DNA of 64,000 bases from Octopus vulgaris (Eukaryota), in contig OX597816.1 of NCBI GenBank assembly GCA_951406725.2, forward strand, positions 149,978,001 to 150,042,000, read 5' to 3'. The notes beneath the pieces are model-generated. The model saw only the letters and a list, made by a program, of their open reading frames with translations, had not been told where the DNA came from and searched no databases. This document shows, piece after piece, positions 26,800-40,350 of this stretch. The stretch's first letter is position 1. Every line of letters starts with the position of its first letter. The translations under genes were made by a program, and so were the position numbers.

Positions 26800-29583
26800 T
26801 TAGCTTTCGTGGACTTGGAGAAAGCATTTGACAGGTACCCTGATCCCTTATCTGGTGGGTGATGCGGAAACTGGAGATTGATGAATGGTTAACCCTTTCG
26901 TTACCAAACCGCCCGAAAAAAATTTTGGTTAATGTGACCAAGCCGCCCCAAACCGCCCGAATTTACCTATTCATATTTAAATGAGAATATCAGAGTAAAT
27001 CTCTTTAGTACATTCGTGAAAACACGTATTATACTTTGTAAACAGTTCAACTACAGTTTTGTACAAAAATCGAAGTGTAATTTTAATTCCATGAATTATG
27101 GGAGATTTTTTTCCGAAATTTGTTCCTATTGTGTTTTCAAAATTTGTAATTCTGACAAAAAATGGATACGAATTTCATTATATCAAGCAGCGAGTCAGGA
27201 TTCGAAGGATTTTCTACTGAAGACCTTCATAAATCTAACTCTATGACTGAAAAAAAAAAGCATGTGGTATTTGATAATGAATCTGATGTTTCATTTTCCG
27301 AAAGTGAAAACAGTGAATCTGAGAGCTCCGATAGCGATAAAGAAAATGAATTGGCACCTGAATGGAGTGAAAATTTAAAAACTGTTTCTTTCGGTGATTT
27401 TTCTGAAGAAACTGGACCAAGCCACAGACTTTCCCAGAAGAGTAAAGCCTTAAACTATTTCTTTTTACTTTTTCGAATGAGCCTATTTGAAATCATTACG
27501 GCGGAAACGAACCGTTACGCTAAACATAAATAAAACGAAAGAAAGGATAGTTTGTTATTTCCCACAACCTTAAATGAAATTAAGGCCTATTTTGCCATAA
27601 ATATTATTATGGGTATCAGAAAGTTACCCAGAATAACAAATTCTATCGTAAAATTTTGTTGTATACCCAATTGAATATTAGCTAATAACCCATTTTCTAT
27701 AGCGATGTTTGAACAAAATGTTAATAATTTTATATATTGTTGAATTTACCTGTATCTACCTGCAATTAGAGTCACTTTGTGACAAAAATTATAGTATAGA
27801 ATTGGTTGAGAACATTTCATTAAATTATCTTCCAAAATTCATGTTAATATATTGATAAATAAAAAAGTTATAGTTGTTTAATGAAACCAGACTAAATTTA
27901 TGATTACGTTAGAAATTAATTGAAACACATAAGGGGTGTATTTTGGTCAGAAATATAGTAACGAAAGGGTTAATAAGGGCTGTACAGACCCTATACAGAG
28001 AGGCCGTTAGTAAGGTTAGGATTGGCAATGAGTATAGCGAAGAATAATTCCGGGTAGAAGTAGGGGTCCACCAAGGTTCAGCCCTCAGTCTCCTTTTATT
28101 TATCATAGTCCTTCAGGCAATAAAAGAGGAATTCAAGATGGCTTACCCCTGGGAGCTCCTCTAAGCTGATGACCTGGCCCTCATAGCAGAATCACTACTA
28201 GAACTAGAAAAGAAATTCCAGGTGTGGAAGCAAGGTTTAGAATCAAAAGGCCTTAGAGTCAATGTAGCAAAGACCAAAGTTCTATTAAGTAGGAAGGCGA
28301 ACTCATCACACACCCACTCAGGTAGGTAGCCTTGCTCGATCTGCAGAAAAAGTGTAGGTAGAAACTCCATAAGATGTACCCAGTGTAAGCTATGGACACA
28401 TAAGAGGTACAGCAACATCAAAGGAAGATTAACTGAGAAGATAGCTTTCGTGTGCGGCAGATGCACAGGAGCAATAAACTCCACAGATGCTCAGAAAACA
28501 GATTCCATCACACTCCAGGGGGAGAAACTAGAAGTAATTGATAGCTTCTGCTACCTAGGTGACCAAGTTAGTAGTGGGGGTGGAAGCTCAGAGAGTGTTA
28601 CCACTAGAATAAGAATAGCCTGGGCAAAGTTTAGAAAGCTTACTGGTGACAAAGGATCTCTTGCTCAGAGTGAAAGGTAGATTGTACGATGCATGTGTGC
28701 GAACTGCCATGCATCACAGCAATGAAACATGGGCCGTAACTGCAGAGGACATGCATAGGCTCGAAAGAAATGAAGCTAGCATGATCCGTTGGATGTGTAA
28801 TGTCAGTGTGCACACACGACAGAGTGTAAGCGCCCTGAGAGAAATGTTGGACATAAAAAGCATCGGATGTGGCATGTAAGAGAGACGTTTGCACTGGTAT
28901 GATCATGTACTATGGATGGATGAGAAAATATGTGTGAAGAAGTGCCACTCCCAAACAGTTGAAGGTATCTGGGGTAGAGGTAGACCCAGGATGATATGGG
29001 ATGAGGTGGTTAAGCATGACCTTCGAACGTTGGGCCTCACAGAGGCAATGATGAAAGACTGAGACATCTGGAGATATGCTGTGACAGCAAAGACCCGACA
29101 AATAAAGTGAGTACATGGCTGTATCCTACACCAGTTTTGAATAACCAGCCCCAGCCCATTCAAAAGTACCTTGGATCGTAGGACAACCTGCTGAGCTTGA
29201 GGAAACCTATTGAGTCAAGTACATCAACATCAAAATAAAAATCAAATGGAAATTGTAGTTGTGATACCCATGCCGGTGGCATGTAAAAAGCACCATCCGA
29301 ATGTGGCCGATGCCAGTGCTGCCTTGACTGGCTTCCATGCCAGTGGCACGTAAAAAGCACCAACTGATCGTGGCTGTTGCCAGTCTCCTCAGGCCCCTGT
29401 GCTGGTGGCATGTAAGAAGCACCCACTACACTCACAGAGTGGTTGGCATTAGGAAGGGCATCCAGCTGTAGAAACACTGTCAGATCAGACTGGATCCTGG
29501 TGCAGCCTCCTGGCTTCCCAGACCTCGGTTGCATCGTCCAACCCTTGCTAGCATGGAAAATGGATGTTAAATGATGATGATGA
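26797..29583 (+). mobile_element. 5'-truncated RTE-clade LINE, interrupted by a piggyBac element
   Basis: RT motifs YLAFVDLEKAFDR, GVHQGSALS, L*ADDL, FCYLGD and RIRIAWAKFR, a zinc-finger-like CxxC region, and a (GAT)n tail; multiple stops and frameshifts. Confidence 0.92.
26893..27969 (+). mobile_element. piggyBac-superfamily element, internally deleted (1077 bp)
   Basis: TTAA TSD (26889-26892, 27970-27973); perfect 12-bp TIR CCCTTTCGTTAC / GTAACGAAAGGG; ORF 27162-27533 and its continuation (YFFLLF...IITAETNRYA...TTLNEIKAYFAINIIMG) resemble a piggyBac transposase N-terminus. Confidence 0.92.
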
Positions 29584-30679
29584 TATATATATATATGTGG
29601 CTGGTTGGCATTAGGAAGAGCATCCAGCTGTAGTAACAATGCTAAAGCAGACATTGGAGTATGAGGTAGTCTTTGGACTCATCAGATCCTTGTCAATCCA
29701 TCCAACCCATGCCACCATAGAACATGGAAATTAAGTGATGAATATGATATTCTTTTAAAAGCTTCTAAAGTCACTTTGTTCAATAAGTCTCCGGTATGAA
29801 TTACAGCTCTGGAACATTGGCAAGTTAAAGATGCCTAATGATGATTTCTGATGGGATAAAGCCACAATTTCAAAAGTTTAGGTATATAATCAAGATGGAA
29901 TAGTTTCTTCACCATATCTTTAAACAAATGCAATACAATAATGTAAAAGATGGGGAAAATGAATAGCTGCTAAAGATGAGCTCAATTTTCTTTCAAGTAC
30001 ATTGTATTAAACCACTATTTAGCCATAAATTCAACACACAACAAGGTATTGAAGCAAATTCCGATTGGAGATATTGAACTAATTCTTGAATAGTGCTTTT
30101 GTGATTGTCTGTTCAAGGTAAATATAAATTGCATTTACTATCAATGTAATTATAAATTTCTCAATGTTAAACAGTTTATCAGATCTATTAATCACAGTAT
30201 GGATTTGGATTCTATTGGGGAAACATATATATGTATTGAAATATACATCTTCACTGGTGCTGAGAAGAAGGTATAGAAATGCTAGCATAAAAGATTGCTG
30301 TATAACTGAAAAGGCCATTAAGGGTGTGAAAGCAAGGAAATAACTACATCATCATAGATAATGACTGAAATGCTGTAGGACATGCATTACTCAGTTGAAC
30401 AAGGGAGGAGACTTCCAGTGACTGATATTGCAGTATCATCATCATCATCAACTCTTCAAAAGACAAAAGAGATGCTTTAAAGAGAAGTAACTACAGAGGT
30501 GTCAAATTAACTGACAATGTTAAGTAACAGACTGAGTTCTAATGCAGCTAAGGAATTAAGTTAGATGAGATGAAGTCTGGATTTGTATTATGATGCTTCT
30601 TCCTAGTGAGATAATTAAAGAAGGTCTCAGCAAAGGGCAAGTCTCTAGCAGTAACTGAGCTGGAGAAACCTTTTAACAA

Positions 30680-31790
30680 AGTATAATGTTCTGTAGCCTG
30701 GGGGTTGCTAAGAAAATTAAGCATAGATGAACAGGTCGTGAAAGCTGTACAGCAAAGTGAGAGTTGACAAGAGATTTGGAAAGCAGGTTGGTGTCCATCA
30801 GACTCAGTTCTGATCTTCCACCTCTTCAATATAGTTTTTCCATGATATAGTAGAGAAGTATAGGACTGGTTGTCCTTGGGAATTTTTGTAAACCAATGAC
30901 CTAAATCTTATAGCTGAATCTGTTGAAGAATTTGACAAAAATTCCAAAAGAGAGGTTTTAAAGTAAACTGAAAAAAAAAACACATTTTGATTTAGCAAGA
31001 AACTCAAATCTCTACAGACATCTAGGAAGTATGCATGCTTGATATGATGAAAAGGTATAGGTATGAATTCTTAATTGTTAATCCAAAGTAAATTAGTGGT
31101 GAGCAAGAAGTACAACGAGAATACAGGAATATGTAAGCAGCAGGTAAATAAAAGTGGAATACTCAGCAGTAAGAGTATCCATGATATAAACGCTCAGAGG
31201 GATCCCCTAAAGTAGTTGATAGCCTTCATTACCTAAGTGAACTATTTAACAATGGAGAAGGCATTCTGAAAATATAGTAACCAGAGTAAGAACGAGTTGA
31301 AAAAAGTTCAAGGAGCTGAAAAGGATTATTTTTCCAAGTTAAGGGCAGATTGACTGATGTATATGTAAGAAATGTAATGCTGCCTGATAGTAAAATTGAG
31401 TAATCAATGCAGAGGATATATGAAGGCAGGAAAGAAATAAAATTAGCATGCTTAACTTGATGTGTAATGTTAGTGTTTAAGAAAAACAAAGCACAAATGA
31501 GCTGTGGGAAAAATTAGGTATAACTGCAATCAGATGTAATATGCAAGGCAGAAGATTGAGCTGGAATGGGGATGGCATATTGGTAAAGAAGACCGAAACA
31601 ATCCAAGTGGAAGGAATAATAAAAAAGGAAAACCAAGCAAGGTATGGGAAGTAGTGAAAACAGATTTCAGGAGGCTGAACTTCCTGAAGGAGAAGACAAA
31701 GGACAGCAGCAAATGATGAAACACTGTGTTGGAGAAGACCCAGCGAACCCATGCGAATTTGGAAAAATGGATGTAAACTGATTTCAACAC
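30680..31790 (+). mobile_element. Old degraded RTE LINE fragment
   Basis: Diverged match to the RT and 3' region of the 26797-29583 element (ggtgtccatcag, gacctaaatcttatagctgaatc, cccatgc...tggaaaaatggatgtaaa). Confidence 0.7.
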
Positions 31791-32433
31791 AGATTAAATT
31801 ACTACAAGTTGCATTTAGCTAAGCCAACAATATGCTTGAGTATCATTCAAATCTTACTTGGTTTAAACCCTCAGTGGCCTAGCTCCTAGCCATAAAAGAT
31901 ACCAGTACTTCAGACCTCACAATTATAGGAAATTAGAGCAATATAAAATTGACAAGGATCTCATTAGCTTAAAACATTGAGTTAAATTCCCCATTTGGAT
32001 ATTACTTGAATAAAGTGGGAGGAAGAATAACAAGGGAACATTTGCAGACATTTGAGTGACCATATACACAGTACACAGTCACTCGATCTTCAAGAAATAG
32101 TAGCCAAATATTCTTCAAATCATAAAAAAAAATGAATGACACATTGAATAAAGATCGATTAGTTGTGCTTGGAATGCTTTTAATCATAGGTCTATTCTTT
32201 CATCATCAACAACGACAACAACAAAAGGATGCATTTGATAATGTAGTTTTGAAAATGCATTTAGAGAAAGGCCTTTGTTAGAATGGGGTCTGATTGATTA
32301 GGTATCAGTTATGATCTAAGGCTAAACAATATCAAGAATTTAAATGGAGGATGAGCTCCACAGAGTAGTCTTGCTCATGATAGCCATATGAATCATAAAA
32401 CATGCCATCAGTAAAATAAGAATAACAGACATA

Positions 32434-32594
32434 CGCGCAGGCATGGCTGTGTGGTAAGAAGCTTGCTTCCCAACCACATGGTTCTGGGTTCAGTCCCAAT
32501 GCATGGCACCTTGGGTGAGTATCTTCTACAGTAGCCTCAAACCAACCAAAGCCTTGTGAATGAATTTGACAGATAGAAACTGAAAGAAGCCCGT

Positions 32595-32637
<43 letters not shown>

Positions 32638-32850
32638 TTCTCTGTGTGTGTGTGTGTCTTTGTATCTGTATTTGTCCCCCCAGCCCATTGCTTGACAACC
32701 AATGTTGGTGTGTTTATGTCCCCGAAACTTTGTGGTTTGGCAAAAGAGACCGACAGAATAAGTACTGGGTATACAAAGAATAAGTCCTGAGGTCAATTTC
32801 TTCAACTAAAGGCAGTGCTCCAGCATGGCCACAATCAAATGACTGATATG
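32434..32850 (+). mobile_element. tRNA-derived SINE with internal (TA)n/(TG)n microsatellite
   Basis: A box tggctgtgtggtaag, B box gggttcagtccc, body ending gaaagaagccc, then a microsatellite and the tail cttgacaacc...gaataagtac...ctccagcatggcc. Confidence 0.85.
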
Positions 32851-32889
32851 TGTAAATGAGACAATATGAAATAATTATTTAATATATAT

Positions 32890-33620
32890 AGGTACAAGTG
32901 TGGCTGTGTGGTAAGAAGCTTGCTTCCCAAGCACATGGTGCTGGGTTCAGTCCCACTGTTTAGCACCTTAGGCTAATGTCTTCTATTATAGCCTCAGGCT
33001 GACCAAAGACTTGTGAGTAGATTTGGCAGATGAAAACTGAAAGAAGCCCACTGTATATAATATATATATATATATAAGAATGAAGGCACATGGCCTTGTG
33101 GTTAGGGTATTTGGATTAAGATCATAATGTCATGAGTTCAATTCCCAGCAAAGCATTGTGTCCTTGAACAAGACACTTTATTTCATGTTGCTCCAGTCCA
33201 TTCAGCTGGCAAAAATGAGCAGTACCTGTATTTCAGAGGGTCAGCTTTGTCACACTCTGAATCTCCCTGAGAACTATGTTAAGGGTAAATGTGTTTGTGG
33301 AGTGTTTAGCCACTTGCATGTTAATTTCACGTGCAGGATGTTCCATTGATCAGATCAACTGGGACCCTCGCCATTGTAACCAATGAAGTGCCATATATAT
33401 ATACATACACCCATGTGTGTGTTTTGCACCCCCACCACTACTTGACAACTGGTGCTGGCTTGTTTATGTCACAGTAAGGAGTTTAGCAAAAAGAGACTGA
33501 TAGAATAAGTACCAGGCTTTAAAAAAAAGGGCAGGGGTCAATTTGTTCAACTAAACCCTTCAAGGTGGTGTCCCTTCATAGCCTCAATATAATGAGGCTA
33601 AACAAGTAAAAGAAAAGATA
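32890..33620 (+). mobile_element. Second copy of the same SINE family, with a different tRNA-SINE (about 33082-33395) nested in its (TA)n tract
   Basis: Head at 32890-33050 and tail at 33420-33620 match 32434-32850; the insert has its own A/B boxes (tggccttgtggttagg, gagttcaattccc) and a gtgtccttgaacaagacact core. Confidence 0.75.
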
Positions 33621-34112
33621 ATACAAAGTTAAGTCAGTAAGAAACAGCATGTACTTGATAAAGTTGTCCGGGTTTTCAGATGTAACACACATATGGGACA
33701 ATTATATCTTTTAATTACAGTTCACTGGTGTGCCAATATTTCTTGGTTTCTTTGTTATCTCTCTCCCCAGTGACTAATTGAATTGAATAACAGAGAAGTA
33801 ATAGTTATTATTAATATAGATTAATAGACTACCAATTCACCATTCTGATATATTTTAGGGCAAGCAAAAACAGATGAATATTTGATGCCTCGCTTTTATA
33901 CAAACAGAACACACATACATTCATATTCTTTTTTGTTCTGGAAGAAAACCAAATTTTGAATCTATTATTTCACTATCTAGCACTTATGTTATCAACGAAA
34001 GGGTCGAGGGCTGTGTTCAGCACATCACAAACAATAAACTGTTAAAAATAGTCCAACTTGCTATTTGACTGGTAAAGACATACATATATCAAGTGAGATA
34101 GGTCCTGTATCA

Positions 34113-34420
34113 CCATCATCATCATCATCATCATTGTCGTTTAATGTCCACTTTCCATGCAGACATAGGTTGAACTGGCAAGCTGGGAGGCTGCACCAGG
34201 CTCCAATCTGATTTGGCAAGGTTTCTATATTTGGATGCCCTTCCTAACACCAAACACTTTGAGAGTGTAGTGGGTGTTTTTTATGTGCTACCGGCATGGG
34301 AGCCAATTAGGCGGTACTGGCATCGGCCACGCTCATATGGTGCTTTTTATGTGCCACTGGCATGGGTGCCAGTCAAGCAGCACTGGCATCGGCCATGCTT
34401 GAAGGTGTTTTTTATGTGCC
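34113..34420 (-). mobile_element. RTE 3'-end derivative with 65-nt units
   Basis: Same (CAT)n start and ttttatgtgcca units as 7742-8230. Confidence 0.75.
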
Positions 34421-35237
34421 ACATATATGATTATACAAATACACTCATCATCAGCATTTACATCATTTTTATATATTGGAATGTATTGGACAGATTGTCA
34501 TGGTTTGAACCAGTTTCAGTTCTTATTCAGAGTTACTGCCATCCTAGATGGGTTTCACATATAAGCTCCATTTCTGGAAATGGTCTCTGTGGCTGGGTGC
34601 CCTTACTAAAACCCAACTATTTTACAGAATGTACATAACATACAGAAATACATATTAAAGTGATATGATATTGGTAAAAGAAGGAAAGAGAATAAATTAG
34701 TCATTCAACCAAATTAAATAGAGATAGATAAATAATTGATATTTAATCATTAGATGAAAATAGAAAAACTAGTTGTCTAGTTGTCATAAGAAAACAACTT
34801 TGTGTTGCTTTCTTCCAAGCATGAAATGTAGTTCTTTAAATAGCACTCCAGACAGATATTCTAACATGTAACTGTGTTTCATATGTTGTTCTTGTTTTAG
34901 TTAATATTATCATTATATGATTATTATTATTACTTGAAGATATTTTGATTAATATATAAATAAATGATCATCAGATGCGATAAACTCAGTGGTTAACTAA
35001 CTATAAAGAAAAAAATAAGATGGATTCCAGTTGCGATGTATAAACTAATTTTAATTAACAACTTATCGATAAATAGAAATGTGCGTAGGAAAAGAATTAA
35101 ACAAATATGCATCTATCTCAATATCATCATCATTGTCATTTAATGTCTGTTTTCCATATTGGCATGGGTTGGGTGGCTTGACAGGGACTGGTAAGGAGCT
35201 GCACCAGGTTCCATAGTCTGTTTTGGACTTAGTCTTC

Positions 35238-35571
35238 GTAAGCCTAGTACATATTCTATCAGTTCTTTTGCCGAACTGCTAAGTTATGGGGGACATAAAC
35301 ACACCAACATTGGTTGTCAAGCAATGGTGGTGGTGGTGGTGGTGGTGGGGACAAACACAGACATGCACATATAAATATAAATATATGTATATAGATACAT
35401 ACACACACATATGGGCTTCTTTCAGTTTCTGTCTACCAGATCCACTCACAAGGCTTTGGTTGGCCTTGGACTATAGCAGAAGACACTTCCCTAAGGTACC
35501 ATGCAGTGGGACTGAACTTGGAACCATGTGGTTGGGAAGCAAACTTCTTACCCCACAGCCATGCCTGCACC
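35238..35571 (-). mobile_element. tRNA-derived SINE (same family as 32434), inverted
   Basis: Reverse complement of caggcatggctgtg.ggtaagaag.ttgcttcccaaccacatggttc...gaaactgaaagaagccc. Confidence 0.85.
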
Positions 35572-36737
35572 TAATATGCATAATTTTTCTAAAAAAAATA
35601 GCATATTTAATAGATAGATAACTAATTGTTGTGATGTAGAATTTCTATGTTTATTTTTTATTCTTTCGTTATCTACTGATGTCATCAAAAGTTAAATACT
35701 AAACTGGCTTGTCTAAAAATATGATATTTTTTCTTAACATTCTTTTTGTACGTGTTCATCTATTAGAGATATTTTCTGAGTTCACTTTGCATTTAGCCCA
35801 AGTTGGATTGCTTTGATAATGTTTTCATCATCATCATCATCATTTAGCATCCGCTTTCCATGCTAGCATGGGTTGGACGGTTCAACTGGGGTCTGTGAAG
35901 CTGGAAGGCTTCGTCAGGCCCAGTCAGATCTGGCAGTGTTTCTACGGCTGGATGCCCTTCCTTAGTATATATTAATTTGACTGGTATTTTATATCTTTTT
36001 TCTGTCTCTAATATGCTGGTACAACAGAAATGGTCATCAGTAATATATGATTTAATCATCAATTAAAGATGTGAATTTCTCCATTCTTGTTCTTATATAT
36101 ATATATATATATGTTCACACACACACACACACTCCACGCACACGCGCGTGCGCATCTAAAAGTAACCAGAAACGTTCCATGTGGGACAAACCCGTTGAGG
36201 TTCAGGCTTTCACGGCTAGACGCCACTTGATGTGACCCTCAGGCATTAGTCTGCCAATTGGTGGCATTGTGTGATGTCATATGTGTGTCTTTGCTTTGCA
36301 GTGCCTCTCCCCTTTTCAGTCTGTCCTTTATGTCTACTCATTGATGTCAATGGCATTTTGCTGTTAATGCCACCAAAATAAACAATCTCATTGACAATGG
36401 CACAAAACTTTGAGGATTTTTGGTCAATAACTGATGAGGAATGAGCATGTCTACACCTTGTGTGGGTGTTTTTTTTTTCTGTTTTCCAGAAATTTTTTAC
36501 CCCACACACAATCATCATCATCATCACTATCACCATTTAATGTCCATTTTTTATGCTGGCATGGGTTGGATGGTTTGATAGGAGCTGGTAAAGCTAGGAG
36601 CAGCATCAGGCTCCATTGTCTGTTCTGGCATGGTTTCTACAGCAGTATGCCCTTCCTAATGACAACCACATTACAGTGTGGTGGGTGCTGTTTATGTGGT
36701 ACACCAGCATCAATGCTTATATATATATATATATATA

Positions 36738-37485
36738 TCATCATCATCATAATCGTCGTTTAACGTCCGCTTTCCATGCTAGCATGGGTTGGACGGTTCA
36801 ACTGGGGTCTGGGAAGCCCGAAGGCTGCACCAGGCCAGTCAGATCTGGCAGTGTTTCTACAGCTGGATGCCCTTCCTAATGCCAACCACTCCGAGAGTGT
36901 AGTGGGTGATTTTATGTGCCACCGACACTGGTGCCAGACGAGGCTGGCAAATGGCCACGCTCGGATGGTGTTTTTTACGTGCCACCGGCCACATTCGGAT
37001 GGTTTTCGTATGTGCCACCGGCACTGGTACCACAAAACTACAAATTCCATTAATGTTCGAGTTTGCTTTTGATTTTGTCCATTTTCACTTGCCTCAACAG
37101 GTCTTCACAAGTAGAGTTATGTGTCCCAAGAAGGAAGGTATGCATAGGTGCACTGACTACGTTCCAGGTAGGGGCCATGGGTTATGGCCTCACTTGTCCA
37201 GCCAGGTCTTCTCACGCACAGCATACTTCCAAAGGTCTCAGTCTCTGGTCATTTCCTCGGTGAGACCTAAAGAGCGAAGGTCGTTCTTCACCACCTCGTC
37301 CCAGGTTTTCCTGGGTCTGCCTCTTCCACAGGTTCCCTCAACCACCAGGGTGTGGCACTTTTTCACACAACTATCTTCATCCATTCTTACTATGTGTCCA
37401 TACCAGCGTAGACGCCTCTCTTGCACACCACATCTGATGCTTCTTAGGTCCAACTTTTCTCTCAAGGCACTTACACTCTGTCTGT
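36738..37485 (-). mobile_element. 5'-truncated RTE LINE (ORF C-terminus, 3' UTR and tail); shorter tail fragments at 35827-35962 and 36511-36710
   Basis: ORF 37238..37660 contains RRLRWYGHIVRM...RGRPRKTWDEVVKNDL, a typical RTE C-terminus. Confidence 0.9.
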
Positions 37486-39475
37486 GTATATATATATACA
37501 CATATACACATACATACATAATATATATGTGTGTGTGTATTTGTATGTGCCACACACTCTCTCTCTCTCTCTCTCTCTCTCTCCCCATCACATATACAAA
37601 CATAATATAGTCACCTATGCTGACACATAAAAATAAATACACATTATCTGGGGCCAACACTGGTAACAGTTATCGCAAAAATACCTATTGGAACATGAAA
37701 GGTTACCCTTGATATTGGATTCAATCATAATAATATAGAATTTATTACTTAATATATGAGAGGCCACATGGAAATAACAGTGACCATGTCATCAATTAAG
37801 ACATAGAAGAAGACAAAATCTAATTCAGAAATATGACAAAATATACCTAAATATTAATAAATTAAAGGTAAGAGATAGACAGACAGACAGATAGATAGAA
37901 AGATAGATAGAGAGAGAGAGAGGGAGAGAGAAACAACTGATTTTGGGAAGAGAAATTTAAATATTTCTCCAAAATATATTACTTTGCCTTAAAGATATAA
38001 AACAGTTTCAGTTAGTAAGAACATTATTCAAACTACTACACAACATCAAGTTTCTTTAGGTATATTTATAGGGGAGGAAAATTCTCTGTAGAGGTTACTA
38101 AATTATACATGTATATCAGAATTTTGAGAACTGCTAAAACAAAATGGTACATTTTTCATTAACATTCATACAGTAACTAACTACAACTCAGAACATGCTG
38201 TATGCACAAATATTACTAAACTAAACGAAAAAAATCAAAACAAAATAATGAAAGCAACTCTCTCAAAATACCTTACTATTAGATTTTATGATAAATAAAT
38301 ATGAGATTACAAATACATACATGTATGTGTGTGTGCATGTCGAATGCTGGTGTAATGGGAAAATAATTCATGCTGATGTCACTGACACCCAACTTGTTTT
38401 CTCAAATTGAAGTAGTTATACATGTTTGATAATGGACAGCTGGCATACATAACCCTACATGTAGGAAGGAGTAAAATTAATTATACCCCAAAGGATATAT
38501 TCACTAACTCCCTATAAAATATTTGTACTTTACTAAATAAGATGTCTAACAATAAGAGAGAAAGAAAGAAAAGGGAGAGAAAGAGAAAGAAAAGAGAAAG
38601 ACAGAAAGAGAGATATGCAATAGAAGCAGATTGACATGTAAAAGAAAAAAATAGATACTTAAAAATAATGGCAGCAAACTCCATGCAGTTCACAACATCA
38701 TTCAAAATTGACATTACATATATGGGTAAGATAAACAAGTCATCATGCACAATTCTACCAGGATTTCAAATAAAATGAAAAACAGACCAACAAAAAATAA
38801 TAACCTATTAAAATAATAGTTGGACATTTGCAGTCAGAATGAAGATCTGTTTGAGCCAGAGTAAAATAAATTTAGCTTTTAAAATATTAACCAGTTCACT
38901 GCACATATGTCTAATGCATATGTGTTTTAGTACATACACTCTGGCACACATACAAATACACTTGTGAAAGTATAGGTTGGCCACTTACTGGCAAAATCAT
39001 AGAAGAGAAACTTAGGGCAAAAACTGAGTCAGTGATCTAGTTGTTATTACTTAACCCTTGAGTTAACACTGATAGAGTCTTTCTTATGATCAAAGGCATT
39101 CCAGTTATGACTAAACTGTTTTTTATTCAATGTGTTTAGGACTACTTTATCCAGTGTATCCATTTGTTTTGTTCCTTTTTCTTAATACAATAAAGTGTGA
39201 TCCAAGGGAGATTTTGCAGCTAATCTTGGGGCTCAGACAAATACAGAGGTTCCAGTGGCCTGTGACTTAGTTAATGTTCATGGCTTTCGATATCATACAT
39301 CACATGTCATTAATGTTCTTAGAGGAAGACATAAATTATTGGAATTCCAATTTCCAATCCTCTTCCCAAAACTGATAAAATTAAACCTGCATTGAATGCA
39401 TTTGATCAAGAAAAATGAATCAATAAATAGCTGCATGAATACATACATAAACACACACACATACATATATACATA

Positions 39476-40285
39476 CAGGGCATGATGGGTAAATTGTTGT
39501 CATTTTATACTTTTAATTTCTCCTGTGCACATTGTTTTTGATTTTGTCGACTATACCGTATAGTAGAGTCAGTTGGGCACTGTCTGTGAGAAAAACAGCA
39601 CCATGACGCAAATAACTCTGCCAGGAATTTGGAAATAACATGTTTGGGTTTCAATCTGAGGATATGTACCAAGAGTGATAAAAATCAAACATCCAGTCAA
39701 TATTATGGTATTTAGAGTGATTACTAGTGATGGTGACATTATGCCTCCATTCATCTTTCCACATGACCTCAGACTCAACACGGAGGCCTACATCAAGTGC
39801 CTGGAGGAGGAAGTGCTGTCTTGGGTCAAGAGGGTGGTTGCTGGAAGACCCTGTGTCTGGTAACAGGAATCTGCACCATGCCACACAAACAGGAGAACCC
39901 AGTCATGGCTGTCAGCTAATTTCAGCAATCATATCATCCCTAACATCTGGCCACCTAATTCTCCTGACTGCAACCTCCTTGATTATTATGTGTGGGGTGC
40001 AGTTGAGCAAGAGACCAACAAAACTCCTTGTAATACCAAAGATGAACTGAAGGCAAGGATTATGGCAACATTCACCAACTTAAACAAGGAGACCATCCAG
40101 AAGAGTTGCAGAAGATTCCAAAGTCATCTAAGGCTGTGGTTGACGACAATGGCGATTTTACTGAAAAAATTTATTAGTATTTCAAGATATTTTTACGTAA
40201 TTTTGGTAAATATATCTGTTAAAATGAGATGTGAGTGTTATTTTCATTTTTGTGTAATTTGTACGACAGTCTGTTCACTGCACCC

Positions 40286-40287
<2 letters not shown>
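39476..40287 (+). mobile_element. maT (DD37D) Tc1/mariner transposon, internally deleted
   Basis: Starts TA-CAGGG and ends CACCCTATA. The frame reads W*QESAPCH...WPPNSPDCNLLDYYVW, with 37 residues between the second (D changed to E) and third catalytic positions. Confidence 0.88.

Positions 40288-40350
<63 letters not shown>
40287..40350. repeat. (TA)n microsatellite abutting the maT element (other TA tracts at about 11380-11420 and 26763-26797)
   Basis: Directly visible. Confidence 0.9.

Noticed and set aside
33909-33927. 19-nt AG/GT-bounded segment with a good acceptor (and a 14-nt one near 21567-21580)
   Set aside because: Lengths are not multiples of 3, so they would frameshift the channel; no supporting evidence.
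36906-37610. Longest ORF in the track (234 aa, plus strand)
   Set aside because: It is the antisense frame of an RTE fragment plus microsatellites, not a gene.
38490-38498. ATATCCTTT (AT-AC U12 donor consensus) on the minus strand
   Set aside because: About one chance hit is expected in an AT-rich window of this size, and no matching U12 branch site or AC acceptor precedes IIIS4.
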